DNA from: a bacterium
GTDB taxonomy: Bacteria; UBA8248
Length of the DNA: 64,000 bases
Direction of reading: 5' to 3'
Assembly: GCA_965221165.1 (NCBI GenBank)
Contig: CBDCRP010000003.1
Span: 96,001-160,000 of the forward strand
Numbering within the stretch: position 1 is the stretch's first letter; each line of letters begins with the position of its first letter. A program made the translations under genes and the position numbers. Below, one piece after another: positions 19,595 through 29,411 of this stretch. Under the pieces are notes generated by a model, which searched no databases, was not told the origin of the DNA, and worked only from the letters and a program-made list of their open reading frames with translations.

Positions 19595-20038
19595 TTAAGT
19601 TTCTTCAATGTCTTCTCTCAATTCGAACTCCCTGACGGCGCGGCGAATATAGGGAGGCACCCGGACGGATGTTTGCGCTTCTTTCCCGATGATGACGTAG
19701 GCCGTCTGCGCCCTGGCGACGAAGCGCTCCGATTCCGCCTCGTAGATCTCATAATCCATCTTGATGCTCGAGTTCCCAATATCGTAAATGCGCGCGTAGA
19801 TTTCCAGGACTTCATCGAAATGGGCGGGTGCGAGAAACTGGACGGAGGCGTCCACGATGACGATGTCATACCCCCGCTCGAGCATGTCCTGGTACGAGAC
19901 GCCGATGGTGCGCAGGTAGTCCATCTGCGCGGTATCGACGTACAAGAGGTAGTTGGCGTTGAACACCACTCCCTGGAGGTCGGTTTCCCCGAAGCGCACG
20001 CGGATTTCACTGTTATAGTTGTATTCTTCTTTGGGCAT
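19595..20038 (-). CDS. Acyl-CoA thioesterase (YbgC/4HBT family)
   Basis: IRVRFGETDLQGVVFNANY hot-dog fold motif. Confidence 0.9.
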   Translation of the reverse strand: MPKEEYNYNSEIRVRFGETDLQGVVFNANYLLYVDTAQMDYLRTIGVSYQDMLERGYDIVIVDASVQFLAPAHFDEVLEIYARIYDIGNSSIKMDYEIYEAESERFVARAQTAYVIIGKEAQTSVRVPPYIRRAVREFELREDIEET

Positions 20039-20189
20039 ATGGCGGTTTTAATGAATATGCGTGAAATTCGCAAATGCGGGCTCTCATCCTGAAGCGGCCT
20101 TCGGCTTGTTCCCTCACCGGCGTCGGTTATAATAGCGCATCCCGGATGGCGGGACTTTGAATCTTCACGGCTATTCCCTGGAGTGGTTG

Positions 20190-21457
20190 ATGATCAGCGT
20201 GGAAGACGCTCAGAAATCGATACTGGAGATGATTCGCCCGATGGGGCGCGAAAGGGTGGGCCTTCTCGATTGCCCGGGCAGGGTGCTGGCCGAGGACGTC
20301 CATTCCTCGCGGCCCGTTCCGCCCTGGAACAACTCGGCGATGGACGGCTACGCCCTGCGCGCGGAAGACGTGCGCGGCGCGAGCCGCGAAACGCCAAAAG
20401 CCCTGAGGGTGTCGAGGAGATTCAGGCCGGCGTGATGGCGACGCGCACTCTCGGCCCGGGAGAGGCCATCAAGATCATGACGGGCGCGCCCATTCCAGGT
20501 GGAGCGGACGCCGTCGTGCTCGTCGAGGAGACGGAGAGAATCTCCGAGGAGGAAGTTCACGTTTTCCTCGCCGTACGCGAGGGAGAGGCCATCCGCCTGG
20601 CGGGTGAGGACGTCAAGCCGGGCGAGGAGGTTCTCTCCCGCGGCGTTCGCCTGGGCGCAGCTTCCGCCGGCATGTTGGCGAACATCGGCAGGGCGAGGGT
20701 GTACGTGCATCAAAAACCAAAAGTGGCCATTCTGGCGACGGGAGAAGAACTGGTCGATCTGGGCGATACGCCTGATGTGGGGCAGATATTCAACTCCAAT
20801 TCCTACGCCCTCGCGGCTCAGGTGCTCGAGGCGGGCGGAGAACCCGTTCTACTGGGCATCGCCCGCGATAACGCGGAAGACCTCACGCGCCACATCAACG
20901 ACGGGCTGGCCGCCGATCTGCTGATAACGAGCGGCGGCGTGTCGGTGGGGGATTTCGATCTGGTGAAATCCACGCTGGGCGGGCTGGGCAACGACATGCG
21001 CTTCTGGCGGGTGCGAATGAAGCCGGGCAAGCCGATGGCATTCGGCGTATTGAGCGGAAAGCCCGTGTTCGGCCTGCCGGGGAATCCCGTTTCCACCATG
21101 GTCAGCTTCGAGCTGTTCGTGCGGCCCTCGCTGCTGAAAATGCAGGGCCATGAGAACCTGTTCCGCACGATGGTGGAAGCGCGCCTTCTCCACCCGCTCA
21201 CGAAATCACCCGAGCGTCGCCACTATGTTCGCTCCATCGTCTACCGCGACGGGGGAGAATGGGCCGTCCGGGCGATCGAAGCGCAGGGGTCGAATATCTT
21301 GCATTCCATGGTGCGGGCGAACGCTCTGGTCGTATTCCCCGAATATGAAACCGAGCTCGCCGCCGGGGGCCGCGTACAGGTCATTCTCTTGGGGGAGACG
21401 CCCTCTGAAAAACCCGAACGCTTAGAGGCGGCCTCCCTCGAAGGCGTCCACTCCTGA
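20190..21457 (+). CDS. moeA: Molybdopterin molybdenumtransferase, frameshifted near 20410
   Basis: GRVLAEDV...NSAMDGYA in ORF 20157-20435; IMTGAPIPGGADAVV, TSGGVSVGDFD and FGLPGNPVS in ORF 20183-21457. Confidence 0.9.
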
Positions 21458-21500
21458 ATCAATTGCTTCCAGGTTATCGACTCCTTCTGGAGTGTGCCTT

Positions 21501-22122
21501 ATGAACCCCGAAAAAACGGCCAGATTGCCGTTTTCCGCCGCCATCCTGGCCGGAGGCCGAAGCCGCCGGATGGGCAGGGACAAATCCATGCTGGAGATAG
21601 ACAAGGTTCCCATCATCAGGCGCATCGCGGATACCCTGGATGAGATATTCACAGAAATTTTCGTCGTAGCGAACGAGAAAGAAGAATATGAGCGTATGGG
21701 TCTCGCCGTGGTGGGGGATATTCATCCCGGCAACGACTCGCTGGGCGGCCTCCATACGGCCGTTGCGAGCGCGGCGGGCTCGCACGTTTTCGTGGTGGGG
21801 TGCGACATGCCGCTGCTGCAACCCGCTCTCATATGCGGCATGGCCTCCCTGGTGGATGATTGGGACGTGGTTGTCCCCATCAAGGACGACTACCCCTGAG
21901 CCGCTTTGCGCGTTCTACGGAAAAAAATGCGCGCCTCATATCGAGGAATCCATTTCGAGAGGCCGCCTGAAGATGATAGGGTTTCACGAGCAAGTGCGCG
22001 TCAGGAGAGTTGAGGAGGCGACCTGGAGGGCGTGGGATCCCGAGGGGGCGTCTTTCCTGAACGCGAACACGCCCGAAGAATTCGAGAAGAATAAAAACCA
22101 TCTCTATGAGGGGAGAGCCTGA
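21501..22122 (+). CDS. mobA: Molybdenum cofactor guanylyltransferase, frameshifted near 21895
   Basis: ILAGGRSRRMGRDK and GCDMP, then EPLCAFY...FLNANTPEE in the next frame (extra C in TACCCCTGAG). Confidence 0.88.
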
Positions 22123-22581
22123 ATGAGCATTTCTGATCGAATGAATGAGCTGGGAATCGAGTTGCCCCGTGCGCCCGCACCCGTCGGGGCGTATGTTCCA
22201 TACGTCATCTCCGGGTCTTTGATGTTCATCTCGGGCCAGGTTCCAATCCGAGACGGCGCGATGATTCATGAGGGAAAAGTGCCGCTCGACGTCACCGTCG
22301 AGCAGGGGCAGGAATGCGCCGCGTTGTGTTTTCTAAACGCCGTCGCACAGGCGAAAGCCGCCCTGGGCGATCTGGAGCGCGTGGAGAGAATCGTCCGCAT
22401 GACGGGTTACGTTGCCGTTGCGGCCGATTTCACGGCTCAACCGCTCGTCGTGAACGGGGCGTCCAATCTGGCCGTCGATATTTTTGGGGAAAAAGGCAAG
22501 CACGCCAGAGTGGCGGTGGGGGTGGCGGAACTTCCCCTGGGAGCGCCCGTGGAGCTTGAGGTAATACTCGAGGTCAAGTAG
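22123..22581 (+). CDS. RidA/YjgF family protein
   Basis: PVGAYVP, ISGQVP, VNGAS and GKHARVAVGVAELPLGAPVE. Confidence 0.92.
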   Translation: MSISDRMNELGIELPRAPAPVGAYVPYVISGSLMFISGQVPIRDGAMIHEGKVPLDVTVEQGQECAALCFLNAVAQAKAALGDLERVERIVRMTGYVAVAADFTAQPLVVNGASNLAVDIFGEKGKHARVAVGVAELPLGAPVELEVILEVK

Positions 22582-22695
22582 ACCCTTAAGCGATGGACGC
22601 GCCGAAAATTCCGCCGAAAGGGGGAAGCATTTTATCCCCCCGCGCTTCCCAAGACCCGGCATCGCTGTATAATCTTCAAGGAAAACAAGCCGTCA

Positions 22696-24190
22696 TTGAA
22701 ACAACAAACTGAGGGTTCCATGATTCATCGCTTCATCCTGTCGATGCTCTTGATGTTGCTCATGGGTTCCGCCGCGCCTGCGTATGCGAACCCGGACATC
22801 GATTTCATGAAAAGAATCGAGAGGGCGTTCACCGCGATAGCGAAAGGCGTAAAGCCGACGGTGGTGAGCATACGGGTGGAGAGAAAAAAAAGGACAGCAC
22901 AGAAGAATCCCCAGTCGCCTCATCCGAACATGCCTCTGTTTTCGTCGGGTTCGGGCGTCATCATCGACCCGGCGGGATATATTCTGACGAACAATCACGT
23001 GATCAGTAATGCGCGAAGACTGCGCGTGCGCCTTTCGGACGAGTCCGCATACTGGGGGAAAGTCGTCGGCACGGATCGCTATACGGACCTGGCGCTCGTC
23101 AAAATCAATACAGATCATCCGCTGCCTGCGGCGACTTTAGGAGATTCCGACAAGGTGAAGGTAGGCCAGTGGTCGATAGCCGTGGGCGATCCTTTCGGTA
23201 TTACGAGAACATTCACGGTGGGCGTCGTGAGCGGCATCGGGCGCAGCGGCGTCGGCATCGCGCGCTATGAGCATTTCATCCAGACGGACGCCGCCATCAA
23301 CCGCGGCAACAGCGGCGGGCCTTTGGTGAACATCGACGGCGAGGTCATCGGCATCAACACGGCGATTCCGGCCCCCGGCAGCGGCATCGGATTCGCCATT
23401 CCCGTCAACATGGCGAAAGACGTAGTCAAATACTTAAGAAGAAGCGGGAATTTTCCGCGCGGGTATCTGGGCGTAACCATACAGCCGGTGAATCAGGATA
23501 TCGCCTATCTGCTGGGCCTCCCTGAAGCCCAAGGGCGCACTCGTGGGTTCATTGCTGAAAGACGGACCGGCCGAGGGAGCGGGCATCCAGGATGGGAGAC
23601 GTCATCGTCAGCCTCAACGGCGCGAACGTCCTGGATACCTCCCACCTGCAACGGCTCGTGGGCTGGACGCCGCCGGGAAGAGGCGGTAGCCGTGGAAGTG
23701 GTGCGCAGACGCCCGGATGAAGAAAATTCATGGTCAAACTGGCCCGTTTGCCCGAGCAGGAAGCCGACAGGTAGCCGGAAAGCGCGCGAAGAGTGAAGCC
23801 GATGAAGCCTGCGAAAAGCATAAAACTTACGGCATGGACCTCGAAGATCTGACCGATGCAGTTGCGCGAAGAAGAGCAACTTGCAAGACCGACAGCGGCG
23901 TATATATACGCAAGGGTGTGAAACAGGGCAGCAGAGCCTATCTGGACGGTTTGCGCGAGGGTATGGTGATACGCGAATTGACCTATCGCGCGCCCGGGGA
24001 CGCGAGAAAACGCCGGTACGCGTGCGTGATCAAGAAATTAGAAGACGTCGAAGCATTGCTGGAAAAAATCCCCGCGGGCGCGAACGTCCTGGGGCAGGTC
24101 GTGCGCGTGGAACGGAGCGTGGAGAGCGGACTTTCTTTACCGTGCTCCATAGATTTCGACGCTAACCCTAGCGGGTACCTGGCCGCCTGA
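22696..24190 (+). CDS. HtrA/DegP-family serine protease with PDZ domains (several frameshifts in the PDZ region, ~23530-24150)
   Basis: Signal peptide and catalytic motifs TNNHV, TDLAL and GNSGGP; GYLGV PDZ start. PDZ text such as GALVGSLLKDGPAE appears in alternating frames. The end coordinate is approximate. Confidence 0.85.
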
Positions 24191-24203
24191 GGAGAGCACT
24201 CCC

Positions 24204-25298
24204 ATGTTCGCAGACCAGAAGCGGACTTTTTGCTCTGTTTTTCCTGATTTCCGTCGTCTTTCCGTTTGTTTGCGGGCGCAGAGCCCCGAAACCGAGATTC
24301 GCACCCTGCTGCCGAAAGACGGCATCCCCTCCATCGATGCGCCAAAATACGCGAGCGTGAAAGATGCGGACGCGTTCATGGGGCCGGATGAGATGGTAAT
24401 CGGCATCAACATCAAAGGAGACAAGCGGGCCTATTCGGTTCCCCTGCTCAGCTCCCACGAGATAGTAAACGACGTCGTGGGAGGGAGCGCCGTCTCCGTG
24501 ACGTGGTGACCGCTTTGCTATACGGCCATCGTGTATGACCGTGACCTGGACGGCAAGAAACTCAGTTTCGGCGTTTCCGGGAAACTCTGGAAAAACGTGC
24601 TCATCATGTACGACCGCCAGACGGATTCGCTCTGGAGCCATCTTACCGGCGAGGCGCTTATCGGCCCCCTGAAGGGCAAGCGTCTCAAAACGCACCCCTC
24701 CGCCATGATGCGCTATTCCGAATGGAAACAACTCTATCCCGATACCCTGGTGCTCAAGAAAGAGGGCAGGGGGATGGCGGGCATGTTCCGCGGCCCTTCC
24801 CGGGATCCGTATGAGGGCTATTACTACAGTTCACAGACGGGCGTGATCCCCGAAAAATACCGGGATAATCGCCTGCACCCGAAAACCCTGGTGGTGGGCC
24901 TTGCGCTGGATTCGATGACAGAGAAGGGGAAAGCAATGGCCAAGGTATACCCCTTCGCCGATTTGAACCGCGCAGGCGTCGTGAACGATCGCTTCGCCGG
25001 CCGGGAGATTCTGGTTACCTATTGCGAAGGTGCGGCGGCGGGAGTAGTTTTCGATCGCGTTTTAGGCGGGAAAACGCTGGAGTTCGAGTTGATAACGGAT
25101 AGTGGCGCAAAAGGCGCCGCCGCCTGCCGGTTCATGAAAGACAAGAAAACGGGTTCGCGCTGGCAGCGCCTGACCGGCCTCGCCGTGGAAGGGCCGATGA
25201 AAGGCGCCAGATTGCGCCAGATTTCCAGTACGCTCGCGTTCTGGTTCGGCTGGAAGGATTACTATCCCCAAAGCCGTATCTATCGGCACGCGAACTAA
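24204..25298 (+). CDS. DUF3179 family selenoprotein (UGA=Sec at 24507-24509; UPLC motif)
   Basis: ORFs 24204-24509 and 24531-25298 are in the same frame and join as TW-UGA-PLCYTAIVYDR. DUF3179 motifs KDGIPSID, HEIVND, FGVSGKL, MYDRQTDSLW and FWFGW. The signal peptide (GLFALFFLISVVFPF) is in another frame. Confidence 0.85.
24522..24542 (+). promoter_or_regulatory. Putative bacterial SECIS hairpin
   Basis: ACGG-C-CAT-[CGTGT]-ATG-A-CCGT stem-loop starting 12 nt after the UGA, with a G/GU-containing apical loop. Confidence 0.6.
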
Positions 25299-25420
25299 TC
25301 GGATGGACTGAATACGTTTAAGCCGAAATAAAGCCGCATCATTCATTTACGCAGCGCGAATCCACCCTTTTCGCAAAGGCAGTTCCGCGCGCATCGCCAA
25401 TCTGGTGAGGAACCGAACAT

Positions 25421-26209
25421 TTGAGCCCCGTCATATTTGAAATCGGACCATTCGCGCTTCGCTGGTACGGCCTCATGTACGTCGCCGCCGTGCTGGTCGG
25501 CGTATGGCTGGTGAACAAGGAAGTGGCGCGGAGGAAAATGCCCATCACCCAGGATGAGGTGATGAATTTCGGCCTCCTCGTCATGTTCGCAGGGATCGTG
25601 GGCGGAAGAATCTACTACGTTCTGTTCAACTGGGAATTTTACAGCAAAAACGCCTGGGAAATGCTCGCCATCTGGCATGGGGGCCTCGCCATACACGGGG
25701 GTCTCTTAGGGGGAGTGCTGGCCGGATATCTCTACATGAAAAACCGTCCCGTTTCCAAATGGGAGTTCGCCGACGCGGTGGCGCCCGCCATCATGCTCGG
25801 CCAGGTGTTCGGGCGTTTCGGAAATTTCATGAACGGCGATGCCCACGGCGTGCCGACGAGAATGCCCTGGGGCGTGGAGTTTCCCATGACCTCCATCGCG
25901 GGCAGGGAATTTCCAGGCCAGGCGACACATCCCGTGATGCTCTACGAACTGGTTTTGAACCTCTTGTGGTTTTTCATCCTGAAGAGGCTCAGGCTCACGA
26001 ACCACAAGCCGGGGTTCATATTCTGTCTTTATTTCGTCTTGTATTCACTCGGCCGCGCCGCTGTGAGCGGTTTTCGCGCGGACAGCCTCTGGTTCGGTCC
26101 GGTTCGCGCCGCCCATCTCGCAAGCGCGCTGCTCATCGTCGCCTTCGGGGCGATCATCGTGCGATGGCGAATGTGGGAGAGGGAGGGGGGGGGTGCCTGT
26201 GATCCTTGA
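25421..26209 (+). CDS. lgt: Prolipoprotein diacylglyceryl transferase
   Basis: RWYGLMY, GGRIYYV, GGLAIHGG, GRFGNFMN and HPVMLYE. Confidence 0.95.
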   Translation: MSPVIFEIGPFALRWYGLMYVAAVLVGVWLVNKEVARRKMPITQDEVMNFGLLVMFAGIVGGRIYYVLFNWEFYSKNAWEMLAIWHGGLAIHGGLLGGVLAGYLYMKNRPVSKWEFADAVAPAIMLGQVFGRFGNFMNGDAHGVPTRMPWGVEFPMTSIAGREFPGQATHPVMLYELVLNLLWFFILKRLRLTNHKPGFIFCLYFVLYSLGRAAVSGFRADSLWFGPVRAAHLASALLIVAFGAIIVRWRMWEREGGGACDP

Positions 26210-26295
26210 ATCGAAGATAGCCGTCATTCCGGTGTCATTTCCTGCGATGAATTTCTCCGCCGTTTGGATATTCTGAAAAACAGGGGTTCATGGTT

Positions 26296-26730
26296 GTAGG
26301 GACAGGCCCCCGCGCCTGTCCAGACGAGGGACAACCACGGGGGGTTGTCCCTACGGAACCCACGCTTTCTCGATGCATCTACCGGAATCCAGTGACTTTG
26401 CCCTTATCTTTTTGCTCTGTTCGCATTATCGTTTTTCGTGGTCATCCTGCGATGTTGTTATTTTCATCGGTTCTGGATTCTGCAATCCCTCCTCGGGGTC
26501 GTCCTTGCCCCCGTGGTTGTCCTTTTTCAAGGTGGATACGATCAGGACAGGCGCGGGGGCCTGTCCCTACGAGCAATTCTCGTTTACGGGCAGGTTTTCG
26601 TTCGCTGTTCCTCGCCGATGTTTTCTCCGGCTGCGCGGGCCGCATATATGCGGCCCCTACATTCTCATTGGCAGGCATCGACGACATGTGGGCGTACACA
26701 CCGGTGGCGAACACACATGTCCGCCCCTAC
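26296..26730. repeat. Cluster of GTAG-type REP palindromes (REPIN/BIME-like)
   Basis: GTAG-GGACAGG-N8-CCTGTCC (26296-26321) and inverted GGGACAACC..GGTTGTCC-CTAC (26328-26354). An exact reverse complement of the first copy is at 26545-26570. GGGCCGCATATATGCGGCCC-CTAC is at 26637-26660, and another copy ends CCGCCCCTAC at 26730. Confidence 0.8.
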
Positions 26731-26865
26731 GAAACCCGGTAATCCCTCATTTTATTCGGAAAGATTTTCACTCGATGACGTGCTTTTATCGGGCGCTTTT
26801 GGATAAGATTGCACGGATTCCGCTATTTTCATCCAATCACTCAATGACAAACGGAGAGTACAGAC

Positions 26866-27582
26866 ATGGGATTTCGCATCGTGGATTTGTCACAAGAAAT
26901 TTTTGACGGCATGCCCGTTTATCCCGGGAATCAGAGGACGGGGGTTTTCCCCAACAAGACGCACGCCGAGACGGCCAAGGCGTATGCGAATTCGCCATCG
27001 GGCCATACCTCGACGACGAACTGCCTCATCATGAGCGACCACGGCCCCACCCACGTGGACGCCTTTTATCATATCGACAAGGACGGCGAGACTATCGACC
27101 AACTGGGCCTCGAATGGTTCTACACGGAGGCGATTTGTCTGGATTTATCCCGCTTCTGCAACACCGAGGACTGGATGGAGCCGGCGGACCTGGAAGAAGC
27201 GTGCGCGAAGGCGAACCTGGACGTGCCCGACAAGGGAACCGTTCTCATCTGGACGGGCCACTACGAGGCGAACTACGGCGGGGATTTTCATGACTGGCTC
27301 TATACGTATCCGGGCCTGAGCGAGGCGGCGATGACGTGGCTGGCGGATAAGGGCTGCATCAACGTCGGCATCGACTCGCCGAGCGTGGATTCCTCACAGG
27401 CCTTCCGGGACAAGGGCTACTGGGCGCATAAGGCGTGCCGGGAGCGGAAGGTTCTGAACGCGGAGAACCTGGCGAATCTGAAGGAAGTGGTGAACACGAA
27501 GTTCATCTTCTCCTGCCTGCCGCTCAAGATACGAGGCGGCACCGGCTCTCCCGTGCGCGCGGTGGCGATTTACCACGAGTGA
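26866..27582 (+). CDS. Cyclase family metal-dependent hydrolase (kynurenine formamidase/isatin hydrolase-like)
   Basis: DLSQ, DHGPTHVDAFYH, VGIDSPSVD, ENLANL and GGTGSPVRAVA. Confidence 0.92.
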   Translation: MGFRIVDLSQEIFDGMPVYPGNQRTGVFPNKTHAETAKAYANSPSGHTSTTNCLIMSDHGPTHVDAFYHIDKDGETIDQLGLEWFYTEAICLDLSRFCNTEDWMEPADLEEACAKANLDVPDKGTVLIWTGHYEANYGGDFHDWLYTYPGLSEAAMTWLADKGCINVGIDSPSVDSSQAFRDKGYWAHKACRERKVLNAENLANLKEVVNTKFIFSCLPLKIRGGTGSPVRAVAIYHE

Positions 27583-27609
27583 TAGCGGCACGACGAGCAA
27601 GGACGAGAT

Positions 27610-27948
27610 GTAGGGACGAATCCCTCCTCGGGGTCGTCCCTACCCCCCGTGGGTATCCCTCGTAAGGACAGGCGCGGGGGCCTGTCCCTGCGCGGCGAAG
27701 GCTGATGGCATCAATCGTGCGGCTGCCCGCATTTCGCGTTATCCCGAGTGCGCGGGAATCCCTGCGCGGGGGGCAGGGTCTTTCAGAGACGAGGAGAGGG
27801 GGAGAATCGTCCCCCCACCGCATGAGCCTTCGCCTGAAGACTCGGCTCCTGCGGTAACCCTCATTCTTCGGTCGGGGCATTTCCTCCCTCTTCGGTCGGG
27901 GCATTTCCTCCCTCTTCGGTCGGAAATGACCCTCAAGGGGGGGAGTAA
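27610..27948. repeat. Mosaic of REP copies, a 24-bp tandem repeat and a dispersed palindromic repeat
   Basis: AATCCCTCCTCGGGGTCGTCC is shared with 26483-26503, and a REP copy lies at 27666-27691. TCTTCGGTCGGGGCATTTCCTCCC is repeated ~2.5 times (27865-27923). The end GACCCTCAAGGGGGGGAGT is shared with 8912. Confidence 0.75.
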
Positions 27949-27960
27949 TGAGTAATAAGC

Positions 27961-28020
27961 AAAAAAGGTGAAAAAAGGTGAAAAACAGCGAAAATACCTG
28001 AAAATAAGTGAAAATATTTC
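27961..28020 (+). other. Six A-tracts phased at exactly 10 bp (predicted intrinsically curved DNA)
   Basis: AAAAAAGGTG AAAAAAGGTG AAAAACAGCG AAAATACCTG AAAATAAGTG AAAATATTTC. Confidence 0.75.
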
Positions 28021-28224
28021 TCTTTGTTTTTTAAGGAGTTAGGCTGTTTTTCGCGGAATCCGGCACACCTGGGCGCAGGCGTCATACATCACGCACGCCT
28101 ACCGATTGCGAACCCGGGTGCGAGCAGATACTATCAAGAACACGACATTGCCTTGAACACGGCCTGAAGGCTTGCAGAGGCTTTCTTTTGCCTCATGGAT
28201 AGTTTCGCGCACGAAGGGGCGAAA

Positions 28225-29400
28225 ATGGACTTCACTCTCACTCCCGAGCAGGAAAAACTCCAGAAAACGGCGCATGACTTCGCCGAGCAGGAAATTCGCC
28301 CCGTCGCCGCAGCACTGGACAAAGAACCCGACCCCATGAAGCGTTTCCCCTGGGACGCCCTGGAGAAGGGGAGCAAACTGGGCTTGAGAACCCTCGCACT
28401 TCCCAAAGAGATGGGGGGCGCGGGTTGCGACGTTCTCACGCTGTGCATCGTGGGCGAGGAAATCGCCTGGGGCGATCTGGGCACGGCCGTGACGTTCGAC
28501 CAGACCTGGAAGATCACCCATCTGTTCGAAAGACTGACGAACCAAGGGCAAAGAGAGCGTTATCTCAAATCTTTTCTCGAAGACCACTATTTCCATCTCG
28601 CCGTCGGGATGACGGAGGAATCGGGGGGAACCGACAACATCATCCCCTACGACAGCCCGGATGCAGGCGTGCGTACGACCGCCGTGCGCGACGGGGACGA
28701 TTGGATCGCCAACGGGAAGAAGCGATACATCAGCAACGGCGGAATCGCCAAGCTCTGCATCGTCGCCATGAGAACCGACACCACCAAAGGCGTATCCGAG
28801 GGGATGACGTATTTCATCATCACGCCCGATATGGAAGGTTTCCGGTACGGAAAAATTCACGACAAGATGGGACAGCGGCTTTCCCTGAACGCCGAGCTGA
28901 TTTTCGAGAATTGCAGGGTGCCGGATGAAAACCGCATCACGGAAGTGAATCGCGCCACGGAGGCGCGACGCATGTTCGTCCCGGGTTCGAACATAGAAGC
29001 CGCCGCCACCGTTCTCGGCACCGCAAGGGCAGCCTATGAAGACGCTTTGACACACGCCAGAAACCGGATTCAGGGAGGCAAGCCCATCATCGAGCATCAG
29101 GCGGTCGGCTTTATGCTCGCGGATTGTTTCGCCGAGTATGAAGCGAGCAGGCGATTGCTCCACTACGCCGCCTGGACGGCGGATCAAAAAGACCTCTACG
29201 ACCCCAAAATGGGTTTCATGACCAAATGTTTCGTGTCTGAATCCTCATACCGGATTGCCACGCGCGCATTGGAAGTCTGGGGCGGTACCGGTTACATGAC
29301 GGATGCGCCGATGGAAAAATATCTAAGAGACGTAACCAGTTTTCTGCACTCGGACGGAACGAACCAGGCCATGCGTATCCGCTCCATGAAGTTTTTATAG
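28225..29400 (+). CDS. Acyl-CoA dehydrogenase family flavoprotein (non-canonical active-site motifs)
   Basis: MDFTLTPEQ, MTEESGGTD, NGKKRYISNG, KMGQR, LEVWGGTGY and C-terminal HSDGTNQ. Confidence 0.9.
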   Translation: MDFTLTPEQEKLQKTAHDFAEQEIRPVAAALDKEPDPMKRFPWDALEKGSKLGLRTLALPKEMGGAGCDVLTLCIVGEEIAWGDLGTAVTFDQTWKITHLFERLTNQGQRERYLKSFLEDHYFHLAVGMTEESGGTDNIIPYDSPDAGVRTTAVRDGDDWIANGKKRYISNGGIAKLCIVAMRTDTTKGVSEGMTYFIITPDMEGFRYGKIHDKMGQRLSLNAELIFENCRVPDENRITEVNRATEARRMFVPGSNIEAAATVLGTARAAYEDALTHARNRIQGGKPIIEHQAVGFMLADCFAEYEASRRLLHYAAWTADQKDLYDPKMGFMTKCFVSESSYRIATRALEVWGGTGYMTDAPMEKYLRDVTSFLHSDGTNQAMRIRSMKFL

Positions 29401-29411
29401 CCGGAGATGAA

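Noticed and set aside
20040-20190. Possible Moco riboswitch upstream of moeA
   Set aside because: The leader after the TATAAT at 20128 is too short, and no Moco-RNA consensus is seen.
21890-21905. TGA in mobA followed by CCGCTTTGC, superficially like the DUF3179 Sec context
   Set aside because: The homologous continuation (EPLCAFY) is in a different frame. This is an extra C in a C run, not an in-frame UGA.
26290-26906. Overlapping 120-180 aa ORFs between lgt and the cyclase gene
   Set aside because: They are translations of REP palindromes (VGTGPRACP, GQARGPVPT, GRIYAAPT) and are not credible proteins.
27865-27923. Short direct repeats as a possible CRISPR array
   Set aside because: The units are contiguous 24-bp tandem copies with no unique spacers, and there are no cas genes.
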